Shown here in pieces: positions 1 to 9,743 of a stretch of DNA of 64,000 bases. A program made the position numbers and the translations under genes. The notes below the pieces were generated by a model. The model was given only the letters and a program-made list of their open reading frames with translations. It had not been told where the DNA came from and made no database searches. Positions within the stretch are counted from its first letter, which is position 1, and each line of letters starts with the position of its first letter. This DNA comes from Sphingomonas sp. (GTDB taxonomy: Bacteria > Pseudomonadota > Alphaproteobacteria > Sphingomonadales > Sphingomonadaceae), in NCBI GenBank assembly GCA_021154945.1, contig JAJNQF010000419.1, positions 8,532 to 72,531 of the forward strand. The letters are read 5' to 3'.

Positions 1-961
1 CGTAGTCGGTCGAGTCGCCCTTCGAATCAACGTCGAGCCGCGTGAGGCGGTTCTGAGACGAGGGCACGATTCCAGCGAGGATGACGTTCTGGCCAATGCG
101 TCCGCGAGCGAACGTGACGCCGGGGCTGAGCTGATACTGTGCCGGCGCACAGCAGGTCGACTTCGTCCGCACATAGTAGGGTGATGCGATGATCGACGCG
201 TTCGAACCCGGTTCCCAAAGCAGCTTGCCGCGAAACAGCACGTCCGACTGGCCATTAAGCCAGTTGCCGGTGAACGTGTTGAAGATCGTCCCTCGATACT
301 TGCTGTAGCTGCCCGAAAGCCGCGCCTTGAGGGTCGATGTCAGCGGACCGGAGATGCTACCCTGATACCGCTGTTCGCCATCGTCGGTGAAGAACGTCTC
401 GACCCGCGCCGAAAGCCGGTCGGTCGGAGCGAGCGTCGTGATGTTGATCGCCCCCGCGGACGCCGCCTTCCCGAACAAGGTACTCTGGGGTCCCCGCAGG
501 ACCTCGATCTGCGCGACATCGGCGAGCGCGGTGAACGCCGCGGCCTGGAAGGCCTGTGGGATGTCGTCGACGACTACCACGACGCTGGGCTGGGTGGAGA
601 TGCTGTACGCGTAGGTCCCGATGCCGCGGATGTTGATGCTGTTGTTCGCGGGCTGACTTGTCTTCGTGATGGTCAGCGACGGCGCCGTGCGGACGAGGTC
701 GTCGAAATCCCGCACGTTCGCCCGTTCCAGTCCCGCCGACGTTATCGCGAGCACGGAAGCGGGGACGTCCTGGATGCTCTGCGACCTCTTGTTCGCGGTG
801 ACGACGATGTCTTCCAGTGCGGCGCTTGGAGCGGCGGGGGAGGGCGACGCCGCTTCGCCCGCCGAGGCATCCGCCGGAGTACCCGACTGTTGGGCCTGCG
901 CCGGTTGTGCGCAGGCGATGGCGTACGCGGCGGCGCACGCCAGCAAGCTATGCTTCTTCAT
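1..961 (-). CDS. TonB-dependent receptor, 5' part (runs off left edge)
   Basis: Absent from the ORF track; translated manually from ATG at 961 after a GGAGG RBS: MKKHSLLACAAAYAIACAQPAQAQ signal, TonB box EDIVVTANKR, plug motifs NIRGIG and IEVLRGPQSTLFGKAASAGAINITT; frame open to position 1. Confidence 0.93.
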   Translation of the reverse strand, partial: MKKHSLLACAAAYAIACAQPAQAQQSGTPADASAGEAASPSPAAPSAALEDIVVTANKRSQSIQDVPASVLAITSAGLERANVRDFDDLVRTAPSLTITKTSQPANNSINIRGIGTYAYSISTQPSVVVVVDDIPQAFQAAAFTALADVAQIEVLRGPQSTLFGKAASAGAINITTLAPTDRLSARVETFFTDDGEQRYQGSISGPLTSTLKARLSGSYSKYRGTIFNTFTGNWLNGQSDVLFRGKLLWEPGSNASIIASPYYVRTKSTCCAPAQYQLSPGVTFARGRIGQNVILAGIVPSSQNRLTRLDVDSKGDSTDY

Positions 962-1052
962 CGCATCCTCCCATCACGCCCGGGTTACCCGGGTCGCGTC
1001 CCCCCGCAGGTTGCCGGAGGTAACGGGCCGATCATCCTCCTTCCCCACGGGA

Positions 1053-1074
1053 TGTCAATAGTTGTAATACAACT
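1053..1074 (-). promoter_or_regulatory. Palindromic operator plus TTGACA -35 box for the TonB receptor
   Basis: GTTGTAATACAAC at 1061-1073; TTGACA on the minus strand at 1058-1053; same layout at three other promoters. Confidence 0.75.
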
Positions 1075-1080
1075 TATGAT

Positions 1081-2019
1081 CTAGGGGCGGAAGTCCGTAT
1101 CCGCGGCTCGGACCATCGCCAGCCAGTCCTGTTGTGAGTGGACGTCCAGGCCGCGATCCCACGCTGCGCCCATGTAGTAGACGAACGGCTTCCCTGGCCT
1201 TGCGCGGAGCAGTACTAGATAATTGTCCGCATCGGCCGTGACGTCGACGATCGCCTTGGGATCGACCAGCAGGGCGACGCCCATCGTCCCCTTCGCCGGA
1301 TCGGTGGGGCCCCACCAGATCAGGCGTCCGGCAGCCCGGTCCACGGTAAGCGTGCCGCGTTTCGTCTCGTCGGTCGGATGCTTAGAGATCCCGATGCCCA
1401 CTACGAGATCGCCCGGCTTGTTGGACTTCAGCGTCGACACCATGCGCGTGAAGTTCGTGCCGGCCGGTAGCGTGAAGCGCCTCGTCTCCCAGACGCTTCT
1501 CACCACGTCCACCGGCCAACGCTCGTAATCGACGCTGAAGGACGCCGTTTCCGGCCCGTTCTGCAGTATCCGGTACCTCGAATAGTTGCGCGAGACCCAG
1601 AGCTTGTTGTCGTACCAGATGCCCAGACCGCCGGCACCGCGGAAGCTGTGTACGCCGTAGAAGTCGATGCCCTCGCCGTGATCCGCGTGCTGGTCGCCGG
1701 TTCGGAGCTGACGATCCATGAACGGCCACCGGACGTTCTTTCCCCATGCGTCGATGCCCGAACTCGAAGGCGGTTCCGCCTTCTCGAGCGGGCGTCCATA
1801 GATGCGATGGGCAGTCCTGTCGTTCTCCCAGAGAATGTCGCCGAACCTGTACGGAGCGAAGACGACCGCTGCCCGGGAGTTTCTATCGGCGGCTGGCGGA
1901 AGCGCCTTGCGTTCGTCTCTCGGCTTGTCCTGCGCATCGATGGCGATCGGCAGGGCGACCAGCGCCAGGACGAGCCCCATGAATGCGCGCGTGCCCCATG
2001 CCGTTCTAGCGACGAACAT
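1081..2019 (-). CDS. DUF4861-like exported protein
   Basis: Hydrophobic N-terminal signal; WENDRTAHRIYG, SSGIDAWGK, DFYGV..GAGG motifs; ATG at 2019 after AAGGGG, overlapping the kdgK stop. Confidence 0.75.
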   Translation of the reverse strand: MFVARTAWGTRAFMGLVLALVALPIAIDAQDKPRDERKALPPAADRNSRAAVVFAPYRFGDILWENDRTAHRIYGRPLEKAEPPSSSGIDAWGKNVRWPFMDRQLRTGDQHADHGEGIDFYGVHSFRGAGGLGIWYDNKLWVSRNYSRYRILQNGPETASFSVDYERWPVDVVRSVWETRRFTLPAGTNFTRMVSTLKSNKPGDLVVGIGISKHPTDETKRGTLTVDRAAGRLIWWGPTDPAKGTMGVALLVDPKAIVDVTADADNYLVLLRARPGKPFVYYMGAAWDRGLDVHSQQDWLAMVRAADTDFRP

Positions 2020-3025
2020 CGTAACCCCCTTTGAGATAGGCATCGAGGTCCGTCTGGCGAAACAGACTCGCGTCGCCGGGAAGCGAGTGCTTCAGTGCAG
2101 CAAGTGCAAGACCGGTTCTTGCGGCCATCTGCATGTCCGAGCCGCCCAGAATTCCGTGAAGGACGCCAGCCGCGAAGGCGTCACCGCCTCCAATGCGGTC
2201 GACGATCCCCGAAAGAACCACCTCCTCGGTCTGGGAATGGCCGTCCCGCATGTCGATCCGTGCAGACAACCGGTGATGGTCGACCGTCTCGACGACCCGA
2301 GCGGTAGACGCGATGATACTTAGCCTCGGGAACCGCGAGAATGCCGCTTCGGCTGCCTCGCGACGGCGATGTTCCGCATCCCCCGAGAACTCGCGACCCA
2401 GCAGCAGCGCGATGTCGCGGTGGTTTCCGAACAGCAGATCGGCATGAGCGACCAGTTCGCACAGGATGGCTTGGGGATCGGAATCCCAACTTTCCCAGAG
2501 CTTCGCGCGGTAGTTGCCGTCGAAGGAGATCCGCACGCCATGCCCGCTCGCCGCCTTGACGGCGGCAAGCGCGTTCGCTGCGGGGCCCGGCCCCAGCGCC
2601 GGCGTGATGCCGGACAGATGAAGCCAATCGATGCCGGAGAGAAGTTCGTCCCAGTTCCAGGTGTCGACCGACGCCTCTGCGAACGAGGACCTCGACCTGT
2701 CGTAGATCACCTCGGTGGCCCGCATGCCGGCACCGGACGTGACGAAGTACAGTCCCATTCGATCGCCGCCTAGCTTCATGCCTGCAGTGTCGACGCCGTG
2801 CCCGCGCAGCGTCGTCACCGCCGATCGGCCCAGATCGTTGTCGGGCACGCGGCTGGCGAAGCCGACGTCGTGCCCCAGCCGTGCAAGCGCAGTCGCGACG
2901 TTGGCTTCGGCGCCAGCGACCCAGACGTCGAGGCTGGGGGTCTGCATCAGCAGTTCGCGGCCCGGAGGCGACATGCGAAGCATGGTCTCGCCGAAGGCGA
3001 GAAGACGTCGGGAGCCGATGGCCAT
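2006..3025 (-). CDS. kdgK: 2-keto-3-deoxygluconate kinase (PfkB family)
   Basis: FGETMLRMSPPG, AGAEANVA, FDGNYRAKLW, DRIGGGDAFAAG; ATG overlaps the kduD stop (TGATG). Confidence 0.9.
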   Translation of the reverse strand: MAIGSRRLLAFGETMLRMSPPGRELLMQTPSLDVWVAGAEANVATALARLGHDVGFASRVPDNDLGRSAVTTLRGHGVDTAGMKLGGDRMGLYFVTSGAGMRATEVIYDRSRSSFAEASVDTWNWDELLSGIDWLHLSGITPALGPGPAANALAAVKAASGHGVRISFDGNYRAKLWESWDSDPQAILCELVAHADLLFGNHRDIALLLGREFSGDAEHRRREAAEAAFSRFPRLSIIASTARVVETVDHHRLSARIDMRDGHSQTEEVVLSGIVDRIGGGDAFAAGVLHGILGGSDMQMAARTGLALAALKHSLPGDASLFRQTDLDAYLKGGYDVRR

Positions 3026-3780
3026 CAGCGTGCGAGCCATCCGCCGTCGACGGCCAGAACGTGTCCCTGGACGTAGTCCGCTGCGCGACTGGAGAGGAAG
3101 ACGGCCGCGCCGCCCAGATCGGACGCATCACCCCAACGACCGGCCGGAATCCGTTCGAGGATGGATCTGTTTCGCGCCTCGTCCGCTTGGAGCGCTGCGG
3201 TGTTGGCCGTCGCGATGTAGCCGGGTGCTATCGCGTTGACGTTGATCCCTTTGCTCGCCCACTCGTTCGCCAGGAGCTTGGTTAGGCCGCCGATCCCGCT
3301 CTTCGAGGCCGTGTAGCTCGGGACGCGCACCCCGCCTTGGAACGTGAGCATCGAGGCGATGTTGATGATCTTGCCGCTGCCGCGGGCGATCATGTGCTGC
3401 CCAGCCGCCTGACTTAGGAAGAACACGGATTTCAGATTGGTATCGATCACCGCATCCCAGTCCGCTTCCGTGAAGTCTACCGCATCCGCTCGCCGGATGA
3501 TGCCGGCGTTGTTCACCAGGATGTCGACCCCGCCCAGTTTCGCCGCGGTCTCGTCGACGATGCGTTCGACCGGGTCGATCGTCGAGAGGTCGGCGGAGAT
3601 GATCTCCGCCCTGCGCCCCATCGCCTTGATCCGATCCGCGGTATCCTGGGCGGGCGTGCGTCCGACGCAGGCGACGTCTGCACCGGATGAGGCGAGGGCC
3701 AAGGCGATCGCCTGACCTATGCCCGTGTTGGCGCCGGTTACGATCGCGACCTTGCCGCTGAGATCGAAGAGGCTTGCCAT
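3025..3780 (-). CDS. kduD: 2-dehydro-3-deoxy-D-gluconate 5-dehydrogenase
   Basis: SDR with TGANTGIG, NNAGIIRR, IASMLTFQGGVRVPSYTASKS, VDGGWLAR; adjacent to kduI. Confidence 0.93.
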   Translation of the reverse strand: MASLFDLSGKVAIVTGANTGIGQAIALALASSGADVACVGRTPAQDTADRIKAMGRRAEIISADLSTIDPVERIVDETAAKLGGVDILVNNAGIIRRADAVDFTEADWDAVIDTNLKSVFFLSQAAGQHMIARGSGKIINIASMLTFQGGVRVPSYTASKSGIGGLTKLLANEWASKGINVNAIAPGYIATANTAALQADEARNRSILERIPAGRWGDASDLGGAAVFLSSRAADYVQGHVLAVDGGWLAR

Positions 3781-3785
3781 CGCCT

Positions 3786-4628
3786 TCAAGCCAGCTGACA
3801 GATGTCGAGGACGTTCATGTCCGTGTAGTCCTGGTTCTCGCCCGCCATCGCCCAGATGAACGCGTACGCCTTGGTTCCCGAACCCATGTGGATCGACCAG
3901 GGGGGGCTGATCACCGCCTCCTCGTTACCCATTACGATGTGGCGGGTCGCTTCGCCCTCGCCCATGTAGTGGAACACGCGGTCCTTCTCGAGATCGTCGA
4001 GCTCGAAGTAGAAGTAGATCTCGCTGCGACGCTCGTGGATGTGCGGCGGCATTGTGTTCCACACCGAACCCGGCTTCAGCACGGTGAGGCCCATGACGAG
4101 CTGAGCGCTTTCGCAGATGCCCGGAATGACCATCTGATGGATCGTCCGCTCGTTCGACTCCTCAAGGCTGCCGCGCTCCAGCGTCGTCGCATCTCGGACC
4201 GAGATGACGCGGGTCGTGAACGCCTTGTGCGCGGGGCACGACGCCAGATAGAAGCGCGTGCCGTCGCCGGCGAACTGCACGTCCTTCGCGCCCATCGTCA
4301 CGTAAAGGCAGTCTTTGTTGCCCAGCGTGAAGGTCTCGCCGTCGACGGTGACGGTGCCGGATACCTTGCCGACGTTGACGACAGCCATTTCGCGGCGCTC
4401 CAGGAACGGGTGGCCTGCCGCAGACGCCGGCTCGGTCTGGTCGGGCAGCTTCACGCTACCGGTCGCGACCGCGACGCCGCCGATGACGAAACGCTCGGCA
4501 TGCGTGTAGTTCAGCACGCATTCGCCGTCGCGGAACAGGCCCTGGATCAGATAGCGGTCGCGCAGTTCGTCGTTGGAGACGCATTCCATCATGTCGGGGT
4601 GCGTGGCGTAGTAGGTACGATCGTACAT
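3786..4628 (-). CDS. kduI: 5-dehydro-4-deoxy-D-glucuronate (DKI) isomerase
   Basis: [52 protein letters not shown]; start moved to [11 protein letters not shown]. Confidence 0.95.
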   Translation of the reverse strand: MYDRTYYATHPDMMECVSNDELRDRYLIQGLFRDGECVLNYTHAERFVIGGVAVATGSVKLPDQTEPASAAGHPFLERREMAVVNVGKVSGTVTVDGETFTLGNKDCLYVTMGAKDVQFAGDGTRFYLASCPAHKAFTTRVISVRDATTLERGSLEESNERTIHQMVIPGICESAQLVMGLTVLKPGSVWNTMPPHIHERRSEIYFYFELDDLEKDRVFHYMGEGEATRHIVMGNEEAVISPPWSIHMGSGTKAYAFIWAMAGENQDYTDMNVLDICQLA

Positions 4629-4732
4629 TGGAATGCTCCGATGGTTCTGGTCGCTGGGGCAGCGGCGGCTGTGGAAACGAGTGGTCTGTGGCCCTCGCGC
4701 AGGCGTGCGAGGCAAAGGGGGACGGGTGGCGG

Positions 4733-5812
4733 TCATGGTCCGACTTCCAGATCCGCGACGGAGCCGCGCACAATGAGTTTGGACGGGAACACCGACGGAG
4801 GCGCAGGCGCATCCGATGATCCGTCGAGCAGCTTGCGTGCCGCGGCCTGGCCCATCGCCTGTATGGGCCAACGAACCGTGGTCAGCGGGGGCCAGACGTG
4901 CGCTGCTATGGGAGTGTCATCGAACCCGATGATGGAGAGATCACGCGGGACCGCAAGGTCTCGCTGACGCGCAGCGTGTAGAACGCCCGCTGCCATCTCG
5001 TCGTTGCAGGCGAAGATCGCGGTCGGGGGCGGAACCTGATCGAGCAGGCGGCTTCCCGCAATGACGCCGGAATCGAAACGATAGTCTCCCTGCGCGATCA
5101 GGCTGCGAGGGAGAGCCACGTTCGCTTCGTTCAGTGCCGCTTCGAACCCTGCGCGACGTTCCTTGGCGGACCGGAATCCGTGCGGACCGGCGACAAGTCC
5201 TATCCGCCTGTGTCCACGCACGATCAGATGGCGCGTAGCAGCCGCGACGGCTTCGGCATCGTTCGACGAGACGCAGTGGGCGTCTGCGTCGAGGCGCGCC
5301 GATCCCATCCGGACGTACCGGCATCCTAGCTCGGCGCATTGTCGCGCCAGCAGGTCGTTCTCGGAGATGGGCGGCAGGAGCATCACGCCGAAGAGGCGCT
5401 GCCGCTCGAGGAAGCGACGAACGTCGTCCATCATTCCCGGCGATCCGCGATCCACCGGCCGTACGACGAGCGCGAAGTCGGTATCCCTGATCGCCTCGAG
5501 TATGCCCTGCTGCACTCCCAGCACCATCTGCGAGTTGGGATTGTCATGGATGAGCCCGATGAGGGAGTTGTGTCCCATGGCCAGGCCCCGGGCCTGTAGG
5601 TTCGGCACGAATCCCAGTTCGGCTATGGCCAGCTCGACCCGCTGCCGCGTCTCGACCCGAAGGAGCGGGGAGTCGTTGATGACCCGGCTGACCGTCTTCT
5701 TCGATACGCCTGCCACTCTGGCGACGTCGTTGATCGTGGGGCTGCTCCCACGGACGGATCCACCCGGCTCACGAGAACCGGAGCCGATCGTGGCCAAAGC
5801 TACATCCGCCAA
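4733..5812 (-). CDS. LacI-family transcriptional regulator
   Basis: [24 protein letters not shown] and IIGFDD sugar-binding domain; start uncertain. Confidence 0.92.
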   Translation of the reverse strand: MADVALATIGSGSREPGGSVRGSSPTINDVARVAGVSKKTVSRVINDSPLLRVETRQRVELAIAELGFVPNLQARGLAMGHNSLIGLIHDNPNSQMVLGVQQGILEAIRDTDFALVVRPVDRGSPGMMDDVRRFLERQRLFGVMLLPPISENDLLARQCAELGCRYVRMGSARLDADAHCVSSNDAEAVAAATRHLIVRGHRRIGLVAGPHGFRSAKERRAGFEAALNEANVALPRSLIAQGDYRFDSGVIAGSRLLDQVPPPTAIFACNDEMAAGVLHAARQRDLAVPRDLSIIGFDDTPIAAHVWPPLTTVRWPIQAMGQAAARKLLDGSSDAPAPPSVFPSKLIVRGSVADLEVGP

Positions 5813-6144
5813 CGCGCACCGTCCTTCGGGTTCACGGTCGCTCGTGGCGCGTCCAGGGTCGGAACAAGACGTTTCCCCACGTCGCGCTCCGCGTCGACAC
5901 CTTTAACAGGCGTCCTTACGATCCGCTCTCCGCGACCACCACCGCCAGCGACCTCGTCTGAGCGGTCCGTACGGGCCTGAAACGTCGTCGCGGACATGAT
6001 CATCGTGCGCTCATAACCGCGACGCAGTCCGTCCTGTGCCGCAACACGGATGGTTCATCCACGCATGGAAGCCGCGTCCTCGGTGCCGGCACGATCGGAC
6101 GCTCGGTACTATTCTTCGACACGCTGCCTCCCCCGGCTGCCACA

Positions 6145-6204
6145 GTTGTGTGACAACCTTATTGACATCGCAACTCAAAGGAAAGAGGAATGCTACCGGT
6201 GTCA
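6145..6204 (+). promoter_or_regulatory. Promoter with GTTGTGTGACAAC operator (6145-6157), TTGACA (6162-6167) and LacI-type site TGCTACCGGTGTCA (6191-6204)
   Basis: Motifs read directly; both recur at 9628-9691. Confidence 0.7.
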
Positions 6205-6614
6205 AGGCAACAGCCTGATCTGAGGAGATGGATTTTGAGGGGTACTTTCCCTGCGGACGCCGCATGCGTTCTGACACGCGAAGCCGTGGCGATGGCGCAT
6301 CCCGTTGGCTGCGACCGAGAGCTGGCATATCTCCAAGGCTGGCCGACGACGACCGTCCGGCAAGCGGGCGCTGTGATCGGTAGACGCTTCGCAGCCCTGT
6401 TCGAAGAAACGTCGGCGAGAAGGAAGGTCGTACCGGTCGTCCGGACGGTCATCGCGAGTGCGACCGGTCGTGGCTGGACGAACCCAACCATGTCGCTCGC
6501 TTCCCTTACCGGCGGGAATTCCGGCTGGGGGGCGGTGCCGTTCGCCCAGGCCACCAGCGACGAAATGCGCTCAGTCCATTCCTCGAGATCCAGTCAACCC
6601 AGCCGAGGTGAGAC

Positions 6615-7769
6615 ATGCTGCTGAACGCGATCCTTTCCGCTGCCGTGGCCATGACGGCCCAAGCGTTGCCCGCTCCTCAGCTGCCCGCTCCTGCCGCCAT
6701 CCTGAAGTCGACCGAGCGGGTGGCGACGTGGCAACTCAAGCACAGGAATACGTTCGAGTACATGCCGGCAGCATCGCGCAGCGTACGTGATCCCCGGGAC
6801 TGGCAGCAGGCGACCTTCTGGGTCGCGCTGACGGAACTGGCCGATCGGTCACGCGATCCTGCATATGCCCGGGCGATCGTTGACCTCGGACGCGCTCAGC
6901 ACTGGCGGCTCGGCGACAAGGCCTTCCACGCCGATGACCAGCTGATCGCGCAGGCGTGGATCTGGGCGGCTGCACATGGAGCAGGAAGCGCGGCGGTCGT
7001 TCCCACGAAGGCCTATTTCGACGCGGTCCTCGCCAACCGGCCGGTCGGTGATCTCGTGTTCCAGCCCAACCCCAGCGGACACGGCGATCCGATCTGCACT
7101 CAGCGGTGGTGCTGGGCCGATGCGCTGTTCATGGCGCCGCCGACGCTGCTGCAGTTCTCCCGGGCAACCCATGACCCGCGGTACGCCCGTTTCGCGCATG
7201 AGGAGTTCCGTGCGACCACCGACTATCTCTACGACCGCAAGGACCGGCTGTTCTTCCGTGACAGCCGCTTCTTCGAGCGGCGTGACGTGAAGGGTCGCAA
7301 GCTCTTCTGGAGCCGTGGCAACGGATGGGTGATGGCAGGTCTCGTCCGGATCATAGACGAACTTCCCAAAACCGATCCGCACAGAGCGTACTACGTCGGC
7401 CTGTTCCGTGACATGGCCTCACGGATCGTCGGACTTCAGAAGCCCGACGGCTTCTGGGCGCCGTCACTGCTCGACAACGGAAAGGACACCCCGCCCGAGA
7501 CGAGCGGCACCGCGTTCTTCACCTACGCGTTCGCCTGGGGCATCGACGTCGGGATCCTCGATGCGCAGACCTATCGGCCGGCCGCAATCCGTGGGTGGGC
7601 GGCACTGGAACGCAGCGTCCAACCCGACGGCATGCTCGGCTGGGTACAGCAGGTCAGCGACCGCCCGGACAGCGTCGCGGCGTCGGACACCCAGTTCTAC
7701 GGCGCTGGGGCCTACGTTCTTGCAGGGACAGCCCTATACGATCTTTCCAGACATGGAGCCGCTAGATGA
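6615..7769 (+). CDS. GH105/GH88-type unsaturated uronyl hydrolase, exported
   Basis: Signal peptide; FHADDQ, WCWADALFMAPP, FWSRGNGWV, ETSGTAFF motifs. Confidence 0.88.
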   Translation: MLLNAILSAAVAMTAQALPAPQLPAPAAILKSTERVATWQLKHRNTFEYMPAASRSVRDPRDWQQATFWVALTELADRSRDPAYARAIVDLGRAQHWRLGDKAFHADDQLIAQAWIWAAAHGAGSAAVVPTKAYFDAVLANRPVGDLVFQPNPSGHGDPICTQRWCWADALFMAPPTLLQFSRATHDPRYARFAHEEFRATTDYLYDRKDRLFFRDSRFFERRDVKGRKLFWSRGNGWVMAGLVRIIDELPKTDPHRAYYVGLFRDMASRIVGLQKPDGFWAPSLLDNGKDTPPETSGTAFFTYAFAWGIDVGILDAQTYRPAAIRGWAALERSVQPDGMLGWVQQVSDRPDSVAASDTQFYGAGAYVLAGTALYDLSRHGAAR

Positions 7770-9646
7770 CCCTACGCAATCTCTGCGTCCTGCTCGCTCT
7801 CCCGCTGCTCACCGCCGGCGCGTCCGAGCCGGGCGCTTCCGCTTCGGACTGGACCGCACGTCCACACGGTCCGACGTACGCCACCGCTCCCGCCATGCAC
7901 GATACGGTGGAACGGCGGCTGATGCGGCAGATGGAGGCGCTGCTGGCCCAGTTGCTGCGCGACAAGCGGAACATGAGGCTGGGCGGCGTCGAGGTCTTCA
8001 AGAGCGGCGACAAGTTCCTGCCTGGCAAGATCGCCGCGGCCATGTCGTACAGGGTGCTGGACCTGCCGAAGGGCGACCCCCGCCTTCCTCAGCGTCTCAA
8101 GGACTTCGCGACGATCGCGGACCTCACCGTCGGCGATCCGAACGACACATGGGGCATCTACTACTACGTATCCGCCCTCCACCGCCTGAAGCAGGCCGGA
8201 CTACTGGAAGAGGCCGTGTCGCCGGCGACGCTGGCGCTCCTCAAGGCGAGACTCGACTGGCACAGGTTCGTCCGGCCGGACCTTTCGCTGATCGACCTTC
8301 CCAACAACTACTACGGGGTGGCGTTTTCGATAGCACGACTCCGCTTCCTCATGGGCTGGGAGGACGAGAAGGGAAGTGATCGACTGCTGGAGCGTACGCT
8401 CGACCACTATCGCCGCTACTCGGGCGAGTACGGCTTCGCGGACGAGACGGAAGGCAAGGGACGTTTCGACCGGTACAGCGTCCTTCTAATCGGGGAGATC
8501 GCGCAGCGTCTCGTCGAAACGGGCATGGAGCCGACCCCGGAGGTGAAGGGATGGCTGCGCCGTTCCGTCGACCTCATGCTGCCGCGCTTCAACATGAGGG
8601 GCGAGGGCTGGGAGTACGGCCGCAGCATCGGCACGTACGGCGAGACTGCGTTCCTCGAGGTACTCACCGCGGCGGCACGGCTGAAGGTGCTGACGCCGAC
8701 CGAGGAACAGATGGCCTATGCGTTCTCGTCGCGCATCGCAGCCAGGTACATGGACTTCTGGGTCAATCCGGCCACCGGGTCGGTCGATCTCTGGGATCAG
8801 GGGCGGAGGACCGATGCATACCGCGGCAAGCATCGCATATTCGGCGAGAACCTCAGCCTCGCGCGACAGTACATCTACACCGACGCCATCTGGAGCGATC
8901 TCGGATACCGCGGACGCGCTCCGGACGCGGGCTACGAGCGCTGGCTTAAGACCCTTCCGAAATCCACGACCACCTGGTTTGCCCGCGGTGAGCACGACCG
9001 GGCGGTGGTGACCATCCGCGACGGAGATAGGGTGATCGGCCTTCCGATTATAAACGGGGCGGAAGGGCAGCATATGCACAACCCGTACTTTCCGGTGCCG
9101 TTCTCTCCAGGCATGCTGCAGGGATCGGCGGACGCGGACTATCCGCTCCTTCTGCCCAGGATCACTCTGACCGACGGCAGCGTGCTCATGCCGTTGGCCT
9201 GGTTCAAGGACGTCCGCGTCACGAAGCGCGGGCCCGTGACGGATGTGACTTGGCGGCAGGACGCTCTCGACAGGATGGGCGGGGCGGACGCAACCGCGGA
9301 CCCTCGTGCGACGATCGTCACGAAGTACCGGCTCACTCCCGGGAGCATCACGCGGACCGACTCGCTCTCGGTGAAGGGGGCTGCGAAGATCGCCAAGATC
9401 GAAATGGCGTTCGCGAGCTTCTCCTCGCGTCCGGTCACTCGGTCTGCCGGAACTGTCACGTTCGGCACGGGCGAGGTGAAACGTTTGGAAACAAGAGGTT
9501 ACGGCAACTGCGCGGCGCAACAGGTGGCCAAACAGCCGTACCGGTCCACGACCGGCGCTTTCCGGTCGTTGGTCGAGTGCGACGTGATGATGGCAGTGCC
9601 CACAGCTTCCACAGAACTGAACTGGACGTTGTCATACAACTATTGA
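7766..9646 (+). CDS. Uncharacterised secreted protein, 626 aa (candidate carbohydrate-active enzyme)
   Basis: Signal peptide, ATGA coupling to the GH105 gene, host-like codon use; no family recognised with confidence. Confidence 0.85.
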   Translation: MTLRNLCVLLALPLLTAGASEPGASASDWTARPHGPTYATAPAMHDTVERRLMRQMEALLAQLLRDKRNMRLGGVEVFKSGDKFLPGKIAAAMSYRVLDLPKGDPRLPQRLKDFATIADLTVGDPNDTWGIYYYVSALHRLKQAGLLEEAVSPATLALLKARLDWHRFVRPDLSLIDLPNNYYGVAFSIARLRFLMGWEDEKGSDRLLERTLDHYRRYSGEYGFADETEGKGRFDRYSVLLIGEIAQRLVETGMEPTPEVKGWLRRSVDLMLPRFNMRGEGWEYGRSIGTYGETAFLEVLTAAARLKVLTPTEEQMAYAFSSRIAARYMDFWVNPATGSVDLWDQGRRTDAYRGKHRIFGENLSLARQYIYTDAIWSDLGYRGRAPDAGYERWLKTLPKSTTTWFARGEHDRAVVTIRDGDRVIGLPIINGAEGQHMHNPYFPVPFSPGMLQGSADADYPLLLPRITLTDGSVLMPLAWFKDVRVTKRGPVTDVTWRQDALDRMGGADATADPRATIVTKYRLTPGSITRTDSLSVKGAAKIAKIEMAFASFSSRPVTRSAGTVTFGTGEVKRLETRGYGNCAAQQVAKQPYRSTTGAFRSLVECDVMMAVPTASTELNWTLSYNY

Positions 9647-9691
9647 CACCCCTCTTGCATGTGTTAGTTGAGTCGCATGACACCGGTAACA
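9628..9691 (+). promoter_or_regulatory. Internal promoter: GTTGTCATACAAC (9628-9640), TTGACA (9643-9648), LacI-type TGACACCGGTAACA (9678-9691)
   Basis: Motifs read directly upstream of the second TonB receptor. Confidence 0.75.
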
Positions 9692-9743
9692 ACCGGGCCA
9701 CGCAGCCTCGACGAGGTGCGGCGGGAACAGGGAGGAACTTCGA

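Noticed and set aside
979..993. Palindrome CCCGGGTTACCCGGG in the receptor leader
   Set aside because: Single GC-rich copy that matches neither operator; likely chance or a simple hairpin
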